Shown: piece by piece, positions 48,004-56,640 of the stretch
Layout of the letters: every line of letters begins with the position of its first letter
Numbering within the stretch: position 1 is the first letter of the stretch
Virus record (IMG/VR): IMGVR_UViG_3300030085_004825
Span: 1 to 64,000 of that record
Strand: one strand, 5' to 3'
DNA length: 64,000 nt
DNA from: a virus
Made by a program: the position numbers and the translations under genes
The notes under the pieces: model-generated
What the model was told of the DNA's origin: nothing
The model's database searches: none
What the model saw: only the letters and a program-made list of their open reading frames with translations

Positions 48004-49851
48004 ATGAAAAAGACATTACAAGACCAGTATTTGTTAATTAAAGAAGGTAAAGGCCACAAAGACGTCTTTATTAAGGAAGCTAAACGACAGTTTCCTGGTT
48101 TAATTCGTAACGCTGCTACATATACAGAAGTAGCAAATGTACTTAAAACTAAAAATCTTATTAATGAAAACGTTGTTGGTTTAGAACCAATTAACCAATT
48201 ACAACCTTCTAAAAAAGAATCATTTGAAGTTGCTTTTGAAAACTTTTTAGCTGAAGCAAAGAAAGAACATTTTGATGATGAAAAAGCTGAACTTAAAAAA
48301 CCTTCAAAACAAGTAGAAGAAGATGCTGAAAAGAATTTTGACTATGAGGATAAGAAAAATCCTGATAATTTAATTTTTGATCAGATTATGAAAGGATACT
48401 ACACTGAAATGAAAGATCCTAAAAATGAAAATAAAACAATGGAACAATTAAAAGCCATTGTAATTAAAAATCTTGAAAAAAATCCTATATATTACACTGA
48501 AAAAGGTCAATTCGGTGTAAAAGATTTAGGGTATGCAGTAGACCATCCTGGTTTAGGTGAACCAAAAGAACCTAAAGGAAAATACAAGTCAAGTGGATAC
48601 GGTGATTTAAAAGAGTCTATTCAACCAAAACTTAAAAAAGATGAAGCATCTAAATTATTTGATTACCATGAAAGAACAGGAATACTTCCCCAAGATATAA
48701 CTCCAGAAGAATATAATGAAATAATGTCATATTATGGTATTAAAAGAGATAATGAGGATTTTACTGACCCTTCAGGTGGGAGTGGTTTACATAGCCACTT
48801 AGAAGAAGCTAAATTGCGTAAAGTAATCCGTGAAATGGTTGATTCTGAATTAGAAGAAATGATCAACATCAACCCAGTAAGTGGTGGTGGTGGTAGACGA
48901 AAAATACCTACAAATTATCTTTTACCTGATTCAATTATTAGTAAACTTAATTTAAGTAACCCAGGCCCTAATGCCCCTACATATGATGAATCAGCACAAA
49001 TTCCCCACATTAAAGTATTTTCTAAAGGTGAAGAGGTAATTCTTGCTATATCTGATTTAATGTATATTGCTTTAAAAGGAGTAACAAGAGGTAGATCTAC
49101 AAGAGCTCAAAATGTTGCTAAAGCTACCTTACAAAAAATCCAAGATAATTTTACTGAAAAAGATTGGCCAGCAATTAGAGCATTAATCAAGAAATTTACT
49201 GATGACAGAATTTCAGAATTACCAGTTAAAGGACAAATGAGACCTTACCATATGGTATCCTTCCCTGAGGGGTATTCATTAAAAATAGTTGATGATGGTA
49301 TAATGATAGACTTACCCCCCTATAAACCAGATACTCTACCAGAAGCTAAAATACGAAAAGTAATTAAAGAAAATGTTAATAAAGAATTAGCTGAAATTAA
49401 TAAATTAGCTGAATATGAAGTGTATGAATCTAAATTAGCTAAAATTATGGAGTTAATTGAAAAGAAAAATTCATTTCTTGAAAGAATTAACGAAGATGAA
49501 GACATGAAAGCTTTAACTGATAAAAAGAAAGTTAAAGAACTTAAAAAAGATGTTAAAATTTTAGAAAGAGCTAAAGCTAAAATTGAAAAAGCACTTGCTA
49601 AAGAAGCTAAAAAAATTAAATCTATTCCTAAAAAAGAAGTAATTGATGAAGATGAACCACTTGAAGAATTTGATAATTCTACTGAACAAGCTAAAGAATT
49701 AGATCAAACAGTTGGAGAATTAAACCCAGAAATAGAAAAATTAAAAGATACTATTGATTCTCTTGAAGAAAACTATTCTGAACCATCTGATGAAGATGAA
49801 GACGTAGAGCCGGATTGGGAATGGTTAAATGATATAAGAAGAGGAAGATGA
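48004..49851 (+). CDS. modular probable prohead core/internal protein
   Basis: Many (L/I)xE sites; duplicated EAK(L/I)RKVI(R/K)E. Confidence 0.75.
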   Translation: MKKTLQDQYLLIKEGKGHKDVFIKEAKRQFPGLIRNAATYTEVANVLKTKNLINENVVGLEPINQLQPSKKESFEVAFENFLAEAKKEHFDDEKAELKKPSKQVEEDAEKNFDYEDKKNPDNLIFDQIMKGYYTEMKDPKNENKTMEQLKAIVIKNLEKNPIYYTEKGQFGVKDLGYAVDHPGLGEPKEPKGKYKSSGYGDLKESIQPKLKKDEASKLFDYHERTGILPQDITPEEYNEIMSYYGIKRDNEDFTDPSGGSGLHSHLEEAKLRKVIREMVDSELEEMININPVSGGGGRRKIPTNYLLPDSIISKLNLSNPGPNAPTYDESAQIPHIKVFSKGEEVILAISDLMYIALKGVTRGRSTRAQNVAKATLQKIQDNFTEKDWPAIRALIKKFTDDRISELPVKGQMRPYHMVSFPEGYSLKIVDDGIMIDLPPYKPDTLPEAKIRKVIKENVNKELAEINKLAEYEVYESKLAKIMELIEKKNSFLERINEDEDMKALTDKKKVKELKKDVKILERAKAKIEKALAKEAKKIKSIPKKEVIDEDEPLEEFDNSTEQAKELDQTVGELNPEIEKLKDTIDSLEENYSEPSDEDEDVEPDWEWLNDIRRGR

Positions 49852-50480
49852 GTAAAGAACTCTTAATAGAAACTAGACAATTTAAACCAAGTCCTGTTCA
49901 ACTTGTAGAAGGGTTAAACAGAGGTGGAAACATTTTTGTTGAAGGTATCCTAGCTACTGTTGAAGTTAAAAACGGTAATGGTAGATACTATAAAAAAGAG
50001 TTATGGGAGCGTGAATTAGCAAACTTTCAAAAGAAAATAGATCAAAAATCAACTGAAACGTGTGGTGAATTAGATCATCCTGACTCTCAAATAATTAATT
50101 TAAAAAATGCATCGCATGCTATTAGAGAAATAAGATGGGATGGTGATGAAATTTTAGGTACTGTTGAAATATTTTGTGATCCCGGAGATAAAGGAACTGA
50201 ATCTGGCCGTATAGCAGGAGCATTAGTTAAAAATGGTTTAATTATAGGTATATCTTCTCGTGGAATGGGTTCACTAAAACAAATGGGTGAAGTAATGGAA
50301 GTACAAGATGACTTTGAATTACTTACTTGGGATTTAGTATCTAACCCATCAAACCCAGATTCTTGGATGAAAAATGGTCAATTAAATGAATCTAGATCTA
50401 CATTCCTTCATCCATATGCGCGCACTAATTCAATTATTACCGAAATATTATGCGCTAAGGGCACCTGTCCTGTAATGTAA
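49848..50480 (+). CDS. gp21: prohead protease
   Basis: KNGNGRYY, GELDHP, SH.I, GISSRGMGS, WDLVSNPS. Confidence 0.95.
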   Translation: MSKELLIETRQFKPSPVQLVEGLNRGGNIFVEGILATVEVKNGNGRYYKKELWERELANFQKKIDQKSTETCGELDHPDSQIINLKNASHAIREIRWDGDEILGTVEIFCDPGDKGTESGRIAGALVKNGLIIGISSRGMGSLKQMGEVMEVQDDFELLTWDLVSNPSNPDSWMKNGQLNESRSTFLHPYARTNSIITEILCAKGTCPVM

Positions 50481-50481
50481 A

Positions 50482-50580
50482 TGCGACTTTAATTCCTCCT
50501 CATATATGTATATGAGAATATGCCACGATTCTATGTGGCATCGCAATTAATTATTCTATTACGTTTTTTAAATAAACGTA
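50482..50580 (+). promoter_or_regulatory. structured leader/promoter of the scaffold-capsid operon
   Basis: Four stems (see findings); late motif ATATGTATA at 50504-50512. Confidence 0.55.
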
Positions 50581-50608
50581 CTTTCCCAACAAAATAAAAT
50601 TTAGGAAA

Positions 50609-51778
50609 ATGGCAACAAACAGAGATTTGCTTAAAGAAGCAATCGCAGATGCTAAAGCTGTAAAAGAAATGGCAATAGCAAACGCTAAAGAAGCTTTAGA
50701 AGAAGCCTTTACACCTCGTTTAAAAGAAATGTTATCTGCTAAAATCCAAGAAATGGAATATGAAGAAGATGATGTTAAAGAAATGAAATCTTACGATGAA
50801 GATGATTCTAAAATGGAAGAAGCTATGCATGACGAAGATGATTCTAAAGATAGTATGGAAGAAATGAAATACGAAGAAGATGATTCTAAAAATAGCATGG
50901 AAGAAGACATAGACGAGATGAATTTGGAAGAACTATTAGCTGAATTAGAAGAAGAAGAAAAAGTGGAAGAAGGAAAAAAATCCGACGACGAAGAAAAAGT
51001 AGAAGAAGGAAAAAAATCCGACGACGAAGAAAAAGAAGATGTTAAAGAAGCTATGGATGAAGAAGATGATGACATGGCTGGTGATGACATGGATGAAGAA
51101 GGAGAACCACTTGATCTTGAGGACATGACTGATGAAGACCTTAAAAAGATGATTGAAGACGTAATCGCTGACATGATTGAATCAGGGGAACTTGAAGCAG
51201 GTGAAGGCGCTGAGGAAGAATCAGAAGAAGAAGGTGAAGAAATGGAAATGTCTGATGAAGAAGAAGTTGATTTAACAGAATTATTGAAAGAAATTGAAGC
51301 AGAAGAAATTTCTGAAAGGAAAAAAAGTAGTGCTAAAAAAGATGCTACTAAAAAAGATGCTGCTGAAGAAGAAGTTGAAGACACTAAGAAAAAGCTTAAA
51401 GAAGCTGAACTTAAAATTGAATCTTTAGAAAATAAACTTCAAGAAAAGGATCTTCAATTAAATGAAGCTGTTAAAGAAACAAATACATCTAACTTGTTAA
51501 ATGCAAAACTTCTTTATTCAAATAAAATTTTCAAGTCTAAAAACTTGAATGAAAGTCAAAAAGTGAAAGTATTAAGTTCGTTTGATAAAGCAAATACCGT
51601 TAAGGAAGCTAAATTAGTGTACGAAACTTTAAGCGAAGGTTTAAAAGTTAAAAAGAACACTATTAAAGAAAACTTAGGTAGAGCTTCTAAAACAACAACA
51701 ATACCAACAACTAAAAAACCAATTGTTGAATCTAACGAAGTATTCGCTAGAATGCAAAAATTGGCAGGTATTAAATAA
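50609..51778 (+). CDS. prohead scaffolding protein (gp22-like)
   Basis: Very acidic coiled coil between protease and MCP; repeated MEE/VEE/LNE sites. Confidence 0.85.
   Translation: MATNRDLLKEAIADAKAVKEMAIANAKEALEEAFTPRLKEMLSAKIQEMEYEEDDVKEMKSYDEDDSKMEEAMHDEDDSKDSMEEMKYEEDDSKNSMEEDIDEMNLEELLAELEEEEKVEEGKKSDDEEKVEEGKKSDDEEKEDVKEAMDEEDDDMAGDDMDEEGEPLDLEDMTDEDLKKMIEDVIADMIESGELEAGEGAEEESEEEGEEMEMSDEEEVDLTELLKEIEAEEISERKKSSAKKDATKKDAAEEEVEDTKKKLKEAELKIESLENKLQEKDLQLNEAVKETNTSNLLNAKLLYSNKIFKSKNLNESQKVKVLSSFDKANTVKEAKLVYETLSEGLKVKKNTIKENLGRASKTTTIPTTKKPIVESNEVFARMQKLAGIK
50954..51035 (+). repeat. 36-bp tandem coding repeat (EEKVEEGKKSDD x2)
   Basis: Two near-identical copies, differing at GTG/GTA. 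Confidence 0.9.
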
Positions 51779-51807
51779 ATTTAAAAACGACAAAAACTAA
51801 AAAACAA

Positions 51808-53487
51808 ATGTCAACAATTAATTCATTACTCGAAAACTCTGCAAATAGTTATAAAAACTTGCAGAGCGATGCTGCTAAAATGGCATCAAAATGGGGTAAA
51901 ACCGGATTGTTAGAAGGTCTCGGAGGCGAGATTGAAAAAAACAATATGGCGATGATCCTCGAAAACCAAGCTAAACAGCTTGTAACTGAAGCTTCTGCTA
52001 CTAACCAAGGTGGCGGTACCTTTTCAGTAGGACAAGGTGAACAATGGGCTGGTGTAGCACTTCCATTGGTAAGAAAAGTATTTGGATCTTTATCTACTAA
52101 AGAATTCATGTCTGTTCAACCAATGAACCTACCTTCAGGTCTTGTATTTTTCCTTGATTTCCAATATGGACAACAAAAAGAACTAGACTTCGGTCCTGCA
52201 GGAGATGTTTATACTGCTGGTTCTTCAATGTATGGTAATACTGACCCAGGTGCTAATGCTGACCCATCAGGTGGTCTTTATGGTGCTGGTAGATTTGCTT
52301 ATTCAATTAACCAAAGATCAGCTTCATTAGACGGTACTATTTCTTCAGCTACTTGGGCACAAGTTGATTATGATTCTGCTAAATCTGCTTCTATAGCAGC
52401 AGGAGTTACATATTCAGCGGTTGCTATTGATATGTCAACGTTAACTGGATCTGGTGCTACAAACCCAGATTTTAAAGGAGCTAGAGCATTTACTGCTACT
52501 TCAGCTTCTATTGCTACAACTTCAAATATCTTACCACAATATACTTCTGTTAATGCAGCTACTGGTACTGTAACATTTATTTATGAACAATCTTCAGCTT
52601 CATTTGCTGATTTAGATGAGCCATTCTATGTTACTTATAACCTACAACCAACTGATAACAACAGAGGTGATTTTGAAGATACTACTGGAGGTGGATTCCC
52701 TAATGCTGAATCAACAACTGCTGATCAATTAGCAATCCCTCAAATTGATATCAAAATGAAATCTGAAGCTATTGTTGCTAAAACACGTAAGTTAAAAGCA
52801 CAATGGACACCAGAATTTGCTCAAGATTTGAACGCTTACCAATCTTTGGATGCTGAAGCGGAATTAACTTCAATCATGAGTGAATATATTGCATTAGAAA
52901 TTGATTTGGAAAACTTGGATATGTTGATTCAAGATGCATCTGCTGCTGATGAGTATTGGTATGCACAAAACAATAGAGTTCTAAATGCTAACAGTGATGG
53001 ATATGATAATCCTGGATTCTTTAATACACAAGGACAATGGTTCCAAACTTTAGGAACTAAAATGCAGAAAGTATCTAACAAGATTCACCAAAAGACCCTT
53101 AGAGGTGGTGCTAACTGGTTAGTATGTTCTCCATCAGTTGCTACAGTCCTAGAATCAATTCCTGGATTTGCTTCAACATCTGATGGTGATGCTGCAAAAG
53201 CGTCTTATGCATTTGGTATCCAAAAAGCAGGTAACTTGAATAACCGTTATACGGTTTACAAGAACCCATACATGACTGAAAATGTAATCCTAATGGGTTA
53301 TAGAGGTTCTCAATTCTTGGAAACAGGAGCAGTATTTGCACCATATGTTCCATTAATTATGACTCCTCTAGTATACGATCCAGATACATTTACACCACGT
53401 AAAGGTCTCTTGACTCGTTACGCGAAGAAGATGATTCGACCTGAATTCTTCGGACGTATCTTTGTAAATGATTTACATCAACTATAA
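51808..53487 (+). CDS. gp23: major capsid protein
   Basis: LENQ, VQPMNLPSGLVF, AKTRKLKAQWTPEFAQDL.A, APYVPL, PRKGLLTRY. Confidence 0.96.
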   Translation: MSTINSLLENSANSYKNLQSDAAKMASKWGKTGLLEGLGGEIEKNNMAMILENQAKQLVTEASATNQGGGTFSVGQGEQWAGVALPLVRKVFGSLSTKEFMSVQPMNLPSGLVFFLDFQYGQQKELDFGPAGDVYTAGSSMYGNTDPGANADPSGGLYGAGRFAYSINQRSASLDGTISSATWAQVDYDSAKSASIAAGVTYSAVAIDMSTLTGSGATNPDFKGARAFTATSASIATTSNILPQYTSVNAATGTVTFIYEQSSASFADLDEPFYVTYNLQPTDNNRGDFEDTTGGGFPNAESTTADQLAIPQIDIKMKSEAIVAKTRKLKAQWTPEFAQDLNAYQSLDAEAELTSIMSEYIALEIDLENLDMLIQDASAADEYWYAQNNRVLNANSDGYDNPGFFNTQGQWFQTLGTKMQKVSNKIHQKTLRGGANWLVCSPSVATVLESIPGFASTSDGDAAKASYAFGIQKAGNLNNRYTVYKNPYMTENVILMGYRGSQFLETGAVFAPYVPLIMTPLVYDPDTFTPRKGLLTRYAKKMIRPEFFGRIFVNDLHQL

Positions 53488-53510
53488 GATATAAATTATA
53501 AAGATTAAAT

Positions 53511-53537
53511 AAGCCTGGCGAAAGCCAGGCTTTTTTT
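53511..53537 (+). terminator. Rho-independent terminator after the MCP gene
   Basis: AAGCCTGGC-GAAA-GCCAGGCTT followed by a T run. Confidence 0.92.
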
Positions 53538-53564
53538 GTATATGTATAATCAAATGTTATAATA

Positions 53565-54227
53565 ATGGCTAAATCAAATATAGAAAAAACCCCACCAAAA
53601 GGAGCAGTTAAATTTTCAATAACACTTTCTGAAGAACAAAAATCAGCTAAACAAGCAATGTTTCATCATCCTTATAATTTTATTGTAGGTAAAGCAGGTA
53701 GTGGTAAAACAATGTTAGCATGTCAAGTTGCACTTGATATGTTTTTTAAAAGAATGATAAATAAAATTATTATAACTCGTCCTACTGTTTCAACTGAAGA
53801 CAATGGTTTTTTACCTGGTGATGAAAAAGAAAAAATGGAACCATGGTTAGTACCTATTCGTTCTAATATGAGAAAGGTGTATAATAAACCTGCTATTTTA
53901 GAAAAAATGGAAGCAGATGAAAATATTGAATTAGTTTCTTTAGCTCATTTTAGAGGTAGAACATTTGAAAATTCTGTAGTAATAGTAGATGAATTTCAAA
54001 ATTTAACCCGCTCACAATTAGGAATGGCTTTAGGTAGATTAGGTAAAGGTTCTACAATGATATTTTGTGGTGATAATCAACAAATAGATTTAAAAGATAA
54101 AAATTATTCTGCAATACATGATATGGCAAAAATTGTAGAATCTGAATATGTGTATAAAAGAATTTTACATGATAACCACAGACACCCAGCAATTGATGAA
54201 GTCTTTGAAATGTTAAGTGGGATGTAA
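53565..54227 (+). CDS. phoH: PhoH-like ATPase
   Basis: GKAGSGKT, ITRP, GFLPG, RGRTF, VDEFQN, RLG, GD..QID, RHP. Confidence 0.93.
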   Translation: MAKSNIEKTPPKGAVKFSITLSEEQKSAKQAMFHHPYNFIVGKAGSGKTMLACQVALDMFFKRMINKIIITRPTVSTEDNGFLPGDEKEKMEPWLVPIRSNMRKVYNKPAILEKMEADENIELVSLAHFRGRTFENSVVIVDEFQNLTRSQLGMALGRLGKGSTMIFCGDNQQIDLKDKNYSAIHDMAKIVESEYVYKRILHDNHRHPAIDEVFEMLSGM

Positions 54228-54263
54228 GTTTTCCAACATTTTTTATATTTATAATAAAAAATA

Positions 54264-54665
54264 ATGGCTGCAGGAAAATATTCTTTTACTATTGAACAAG
54301 GAACTACTACAAATTTTGAAATCCAATATAAAGATTCAAATAACACCCCAGTTGATTTAACTAATTATTCAGGTAGACTGCAAATTAGATCTACTTATGC
54401 TCAAGATAGTGGTGAACTATTTTTAACATTATCATCTTCTTTAAATTCTGATGGAACTGGATTAAATTTTAGTGGTTCAAACGGATCTACTTCCCCCACA
54501 TCAGGATCAATAGGTATTTATATTGCAGCTTGCACTAGTTCAGCTTTAATTTTTAATGAAGCAAAGTACGACCTTGAACTTTATTCAGGAAGTGGTGAAT
54601 GTCCCTTTACTATAAGATTATTAGAAGGGAACGTAAAATTAAGTAAAGAAGTAACTCGAATATGA
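54264..54665 (+). CDS. virion structural protein
   Basis: IEQGTT..PVDLTNYSGRLQIR..YDLEL..RLLEG.V adaptor-like beta sandwich. Confidence 0.75.
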   Translation: MAAGKYSFTIEQGTTTNFEIQYKDSNNTPVDLTNYSGRLQIRSTYAQDSGELFLTLSSSLNSDGTGLNFSGSNGSTSPTSGSIGIYIAACTSSALIFNEAKYDLELYSGSGECPFTIRLLEGNVKLSKEVTRI

Positions 54666-56329
54666 GTAAAATAAGCATTTCAAGTCAAAATGTCCAAGTA
54701 ACCCCTACAGTTACAGAAAATAAGGTTGAAATAAAAACATCTAACCATAATGATGTTACTATAACTCAACCAAATACTGAAATTGTTGAAATAGTTACAG
54801 GACCACAAGGGGCTAGAGGTCTCCAAGGCCCTTCAGGTTCTCAAGGCCCTTCAGGTTCTCAAGGATTGATTGGTCCCCAAGGTCCTTCAGGTTCTCAAGG
54901 CATCCCAGGCCCAATAGCTAATACAGGTTCATTTGTTACAAATGATCAAACATCTTCAATGTCAGTATTAACTGCTTCATATGCTTTAAATGTTGAAACT
55001 TTTGATCCTTTCCCATATACTGGAAGTGCTATAATTACAGGTAGTTTAGATGTAATAGGACCTGTTACATTAGCTCATGATGGAGGAACTAATTTAACTC
55101 TTGAAACAACTAACACTTATGGAGAAATATCATTCACAGGTAGTGGTGTAGCAAACATAATTAGTAAAGAATCTGATTTACGCCTAAAAGGAGGCTCAGG
55201 AAATCAATTATGGTTAGGTGCTAATGATGTAAATGGGTTATTTAGAATTATTGAAGATGGTAATGCAAATATAAAGGGTGGATTAAGAAATGTTAAAATA
55301 AGAGCAGATGAAGGATTTACTTTAGGTTTAGGAGCAAATAATGTAAATGATATTCTTCTTATTAGTAGCAGTACCACCTCTATCTCAGGATCACAAATTG
55401 TATATGGAAGTACACCTTCTGAACTTGTAAGAATTACTCAAACAGGAACTGGCCCTGCTCTTTTAGTAGAAGACTCAGCAAACCCTGATTCAACCCCAAC
55501 TATCATAACTAAAGATGGGGATGTATTTATAGGATCTGGGTCTGCCCCTGCAACATTAGGAGGGTTAACCCCTAAGCTATATATTAAAAATGGAGATAGT
55601 GGATATGATTCACATTTAGCTATTGATACTGCAATGTTATTTGAAGGGCAAGGAGCTACATATTTTGCAACATTAACCCAAGACTCAGTTGTTGGTGGTT
55701 TTTATATGGGCAGCAATTCAGACCCATTTGGAGCTGTAGTAAGATGGGGATACGATGCTGGTAATTTAGAACTTATAGCTGCATCTGTAGGACATGGTAT
55801 TACATTTCAAGTTGGAAATAAACCAACTGCTTCAATGACATTACAACCTATTAGTAGTGGTACCTCTGACCCAACAGCTGTTTTAAATGTAACAGGAAGT
55901 ATAATAACAAATAATATAACAGCATCAAATAATATTAGTGCTAGTAATATTGTAACAGGTTTAACGGGCTCATTTGGATTATTAACGGGTTTATCTCCTA
56001 TAATAGTTAGAGATCAAATAACATTTGAACAACCTATTACAGCATCATCTAATATAAGTGCAAGTGGAACTATAGAATCTGCAGGTAACATAACAAATGG
56101 AACATCAAGAACCTTATTTACCACAGCAAGTATAGTTTATAGTGGAAGCAATGTTACACAAGTAACACAAAGTTTTGGTGCAACCCAACAAATAACAAAC
56201 ATAATATACTCAGGATCATTTGAAGATGGAAATCCTTTATCAGTATCCGTGACTGGATCAGATGGGGTTAATAAATTATACACTCTAACATATAGCGCAA
56301 GTTTAGTTACACAAATAATACAAAGTTAA
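54662..56329 (+). CDS. collagen-repeat fibre protein
   Basis: Gly-X-Y run near the N-terminus; ITGS/ISAS-rich fibre body. Confidence 0.8.
   Translation: MSKISISSQNVQVTPTVTENKVEIKTSNHNDVTITQPNTEIVEIVTGPQGARGLQGPSGSQGPSGSQGLIGPQGPSGSQGIPGPIANTGSFVTNDQTSSMSVLTASYALNVETFDPFPYTGSAIITGSLDVIGPVTLAHDGGTNLTLETTNTYGEISFTGSGVANIISKESDLRLKGGSGNQLWLGANDVNGLFRIIEDGNANIKGGLRNVKIRADEGFTLGLGANNVNDILLISSSTTSISGSQIVYGSTPSELVRITQTGTGPALLVEDSANPDSTPTIITKDGDVFIGSGSAPATLGGLTPKLYIKNGDSGYDSHLAIDTAMLFEGQGATYFATLTQDSVVGGFYMGSNSDPFGAVVRWGYDAGNLELIAASVGHGITFQVGNKPTASMTLQPISSGTSDPTAVLNVTGSIITNNITASNNISASNIVTGLTGSFGLLTGLSPIIVRDQITFEQPITASSNISASGTIESAGNITNGTSRTLFTTASIVYSGSNVTQVTQSFGATQQITNIIYSGSFEDGNPLSVSVTGSDGVNKLYTLTYSASLVTQIIQS
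54800..54916 (+). repeat. collagen Gly-X-Y repeat
   Basis: GPQGARGLQGPSGSQGPSGSQGLIGPQGPSGSQGIPGPI. Confidence 0.9.
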
Positions 56330-56347
56330 TATTTATAATAAAGAATT

Positions 56348-56638
56348 ATGGCAACATACACACTACCAAATGGATCAACATGGAACACCGGTTTAGATTA
56401 TTTTAATCAAACCGACCAAAACGTGTATCAATTTATTAAAGAAGTAGAAACAGCAAATACTCCTGTTAAAACATTTATTTCTGGAGCTAATGCTAATATA
56501 CCAAGAATGACTCAACAACAATGGACTGAGTCTTCATACGACAATTATAACTATATACGCAATACTGTCTACACATACAAGGATAACACATACACTAGAC
56601 AGCATGTAACAGAAACATTTGAAATACAAAGTAAATAA
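56348..56638 (+). CDS. hypothetical protein
   Basis: 96 aa; late motif at 56329-56337. Confidence 0.75.
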   Translation: MATYTLPNGSTWNTGLDYFNQTDQNVYQFIKEVETANTPVKTFISGANANIPRMTQQQWTESSYDNYNYIRNTVYTYKDNTYTRQHVTETFEIQSK

Positions 56639-56640
56639 TT

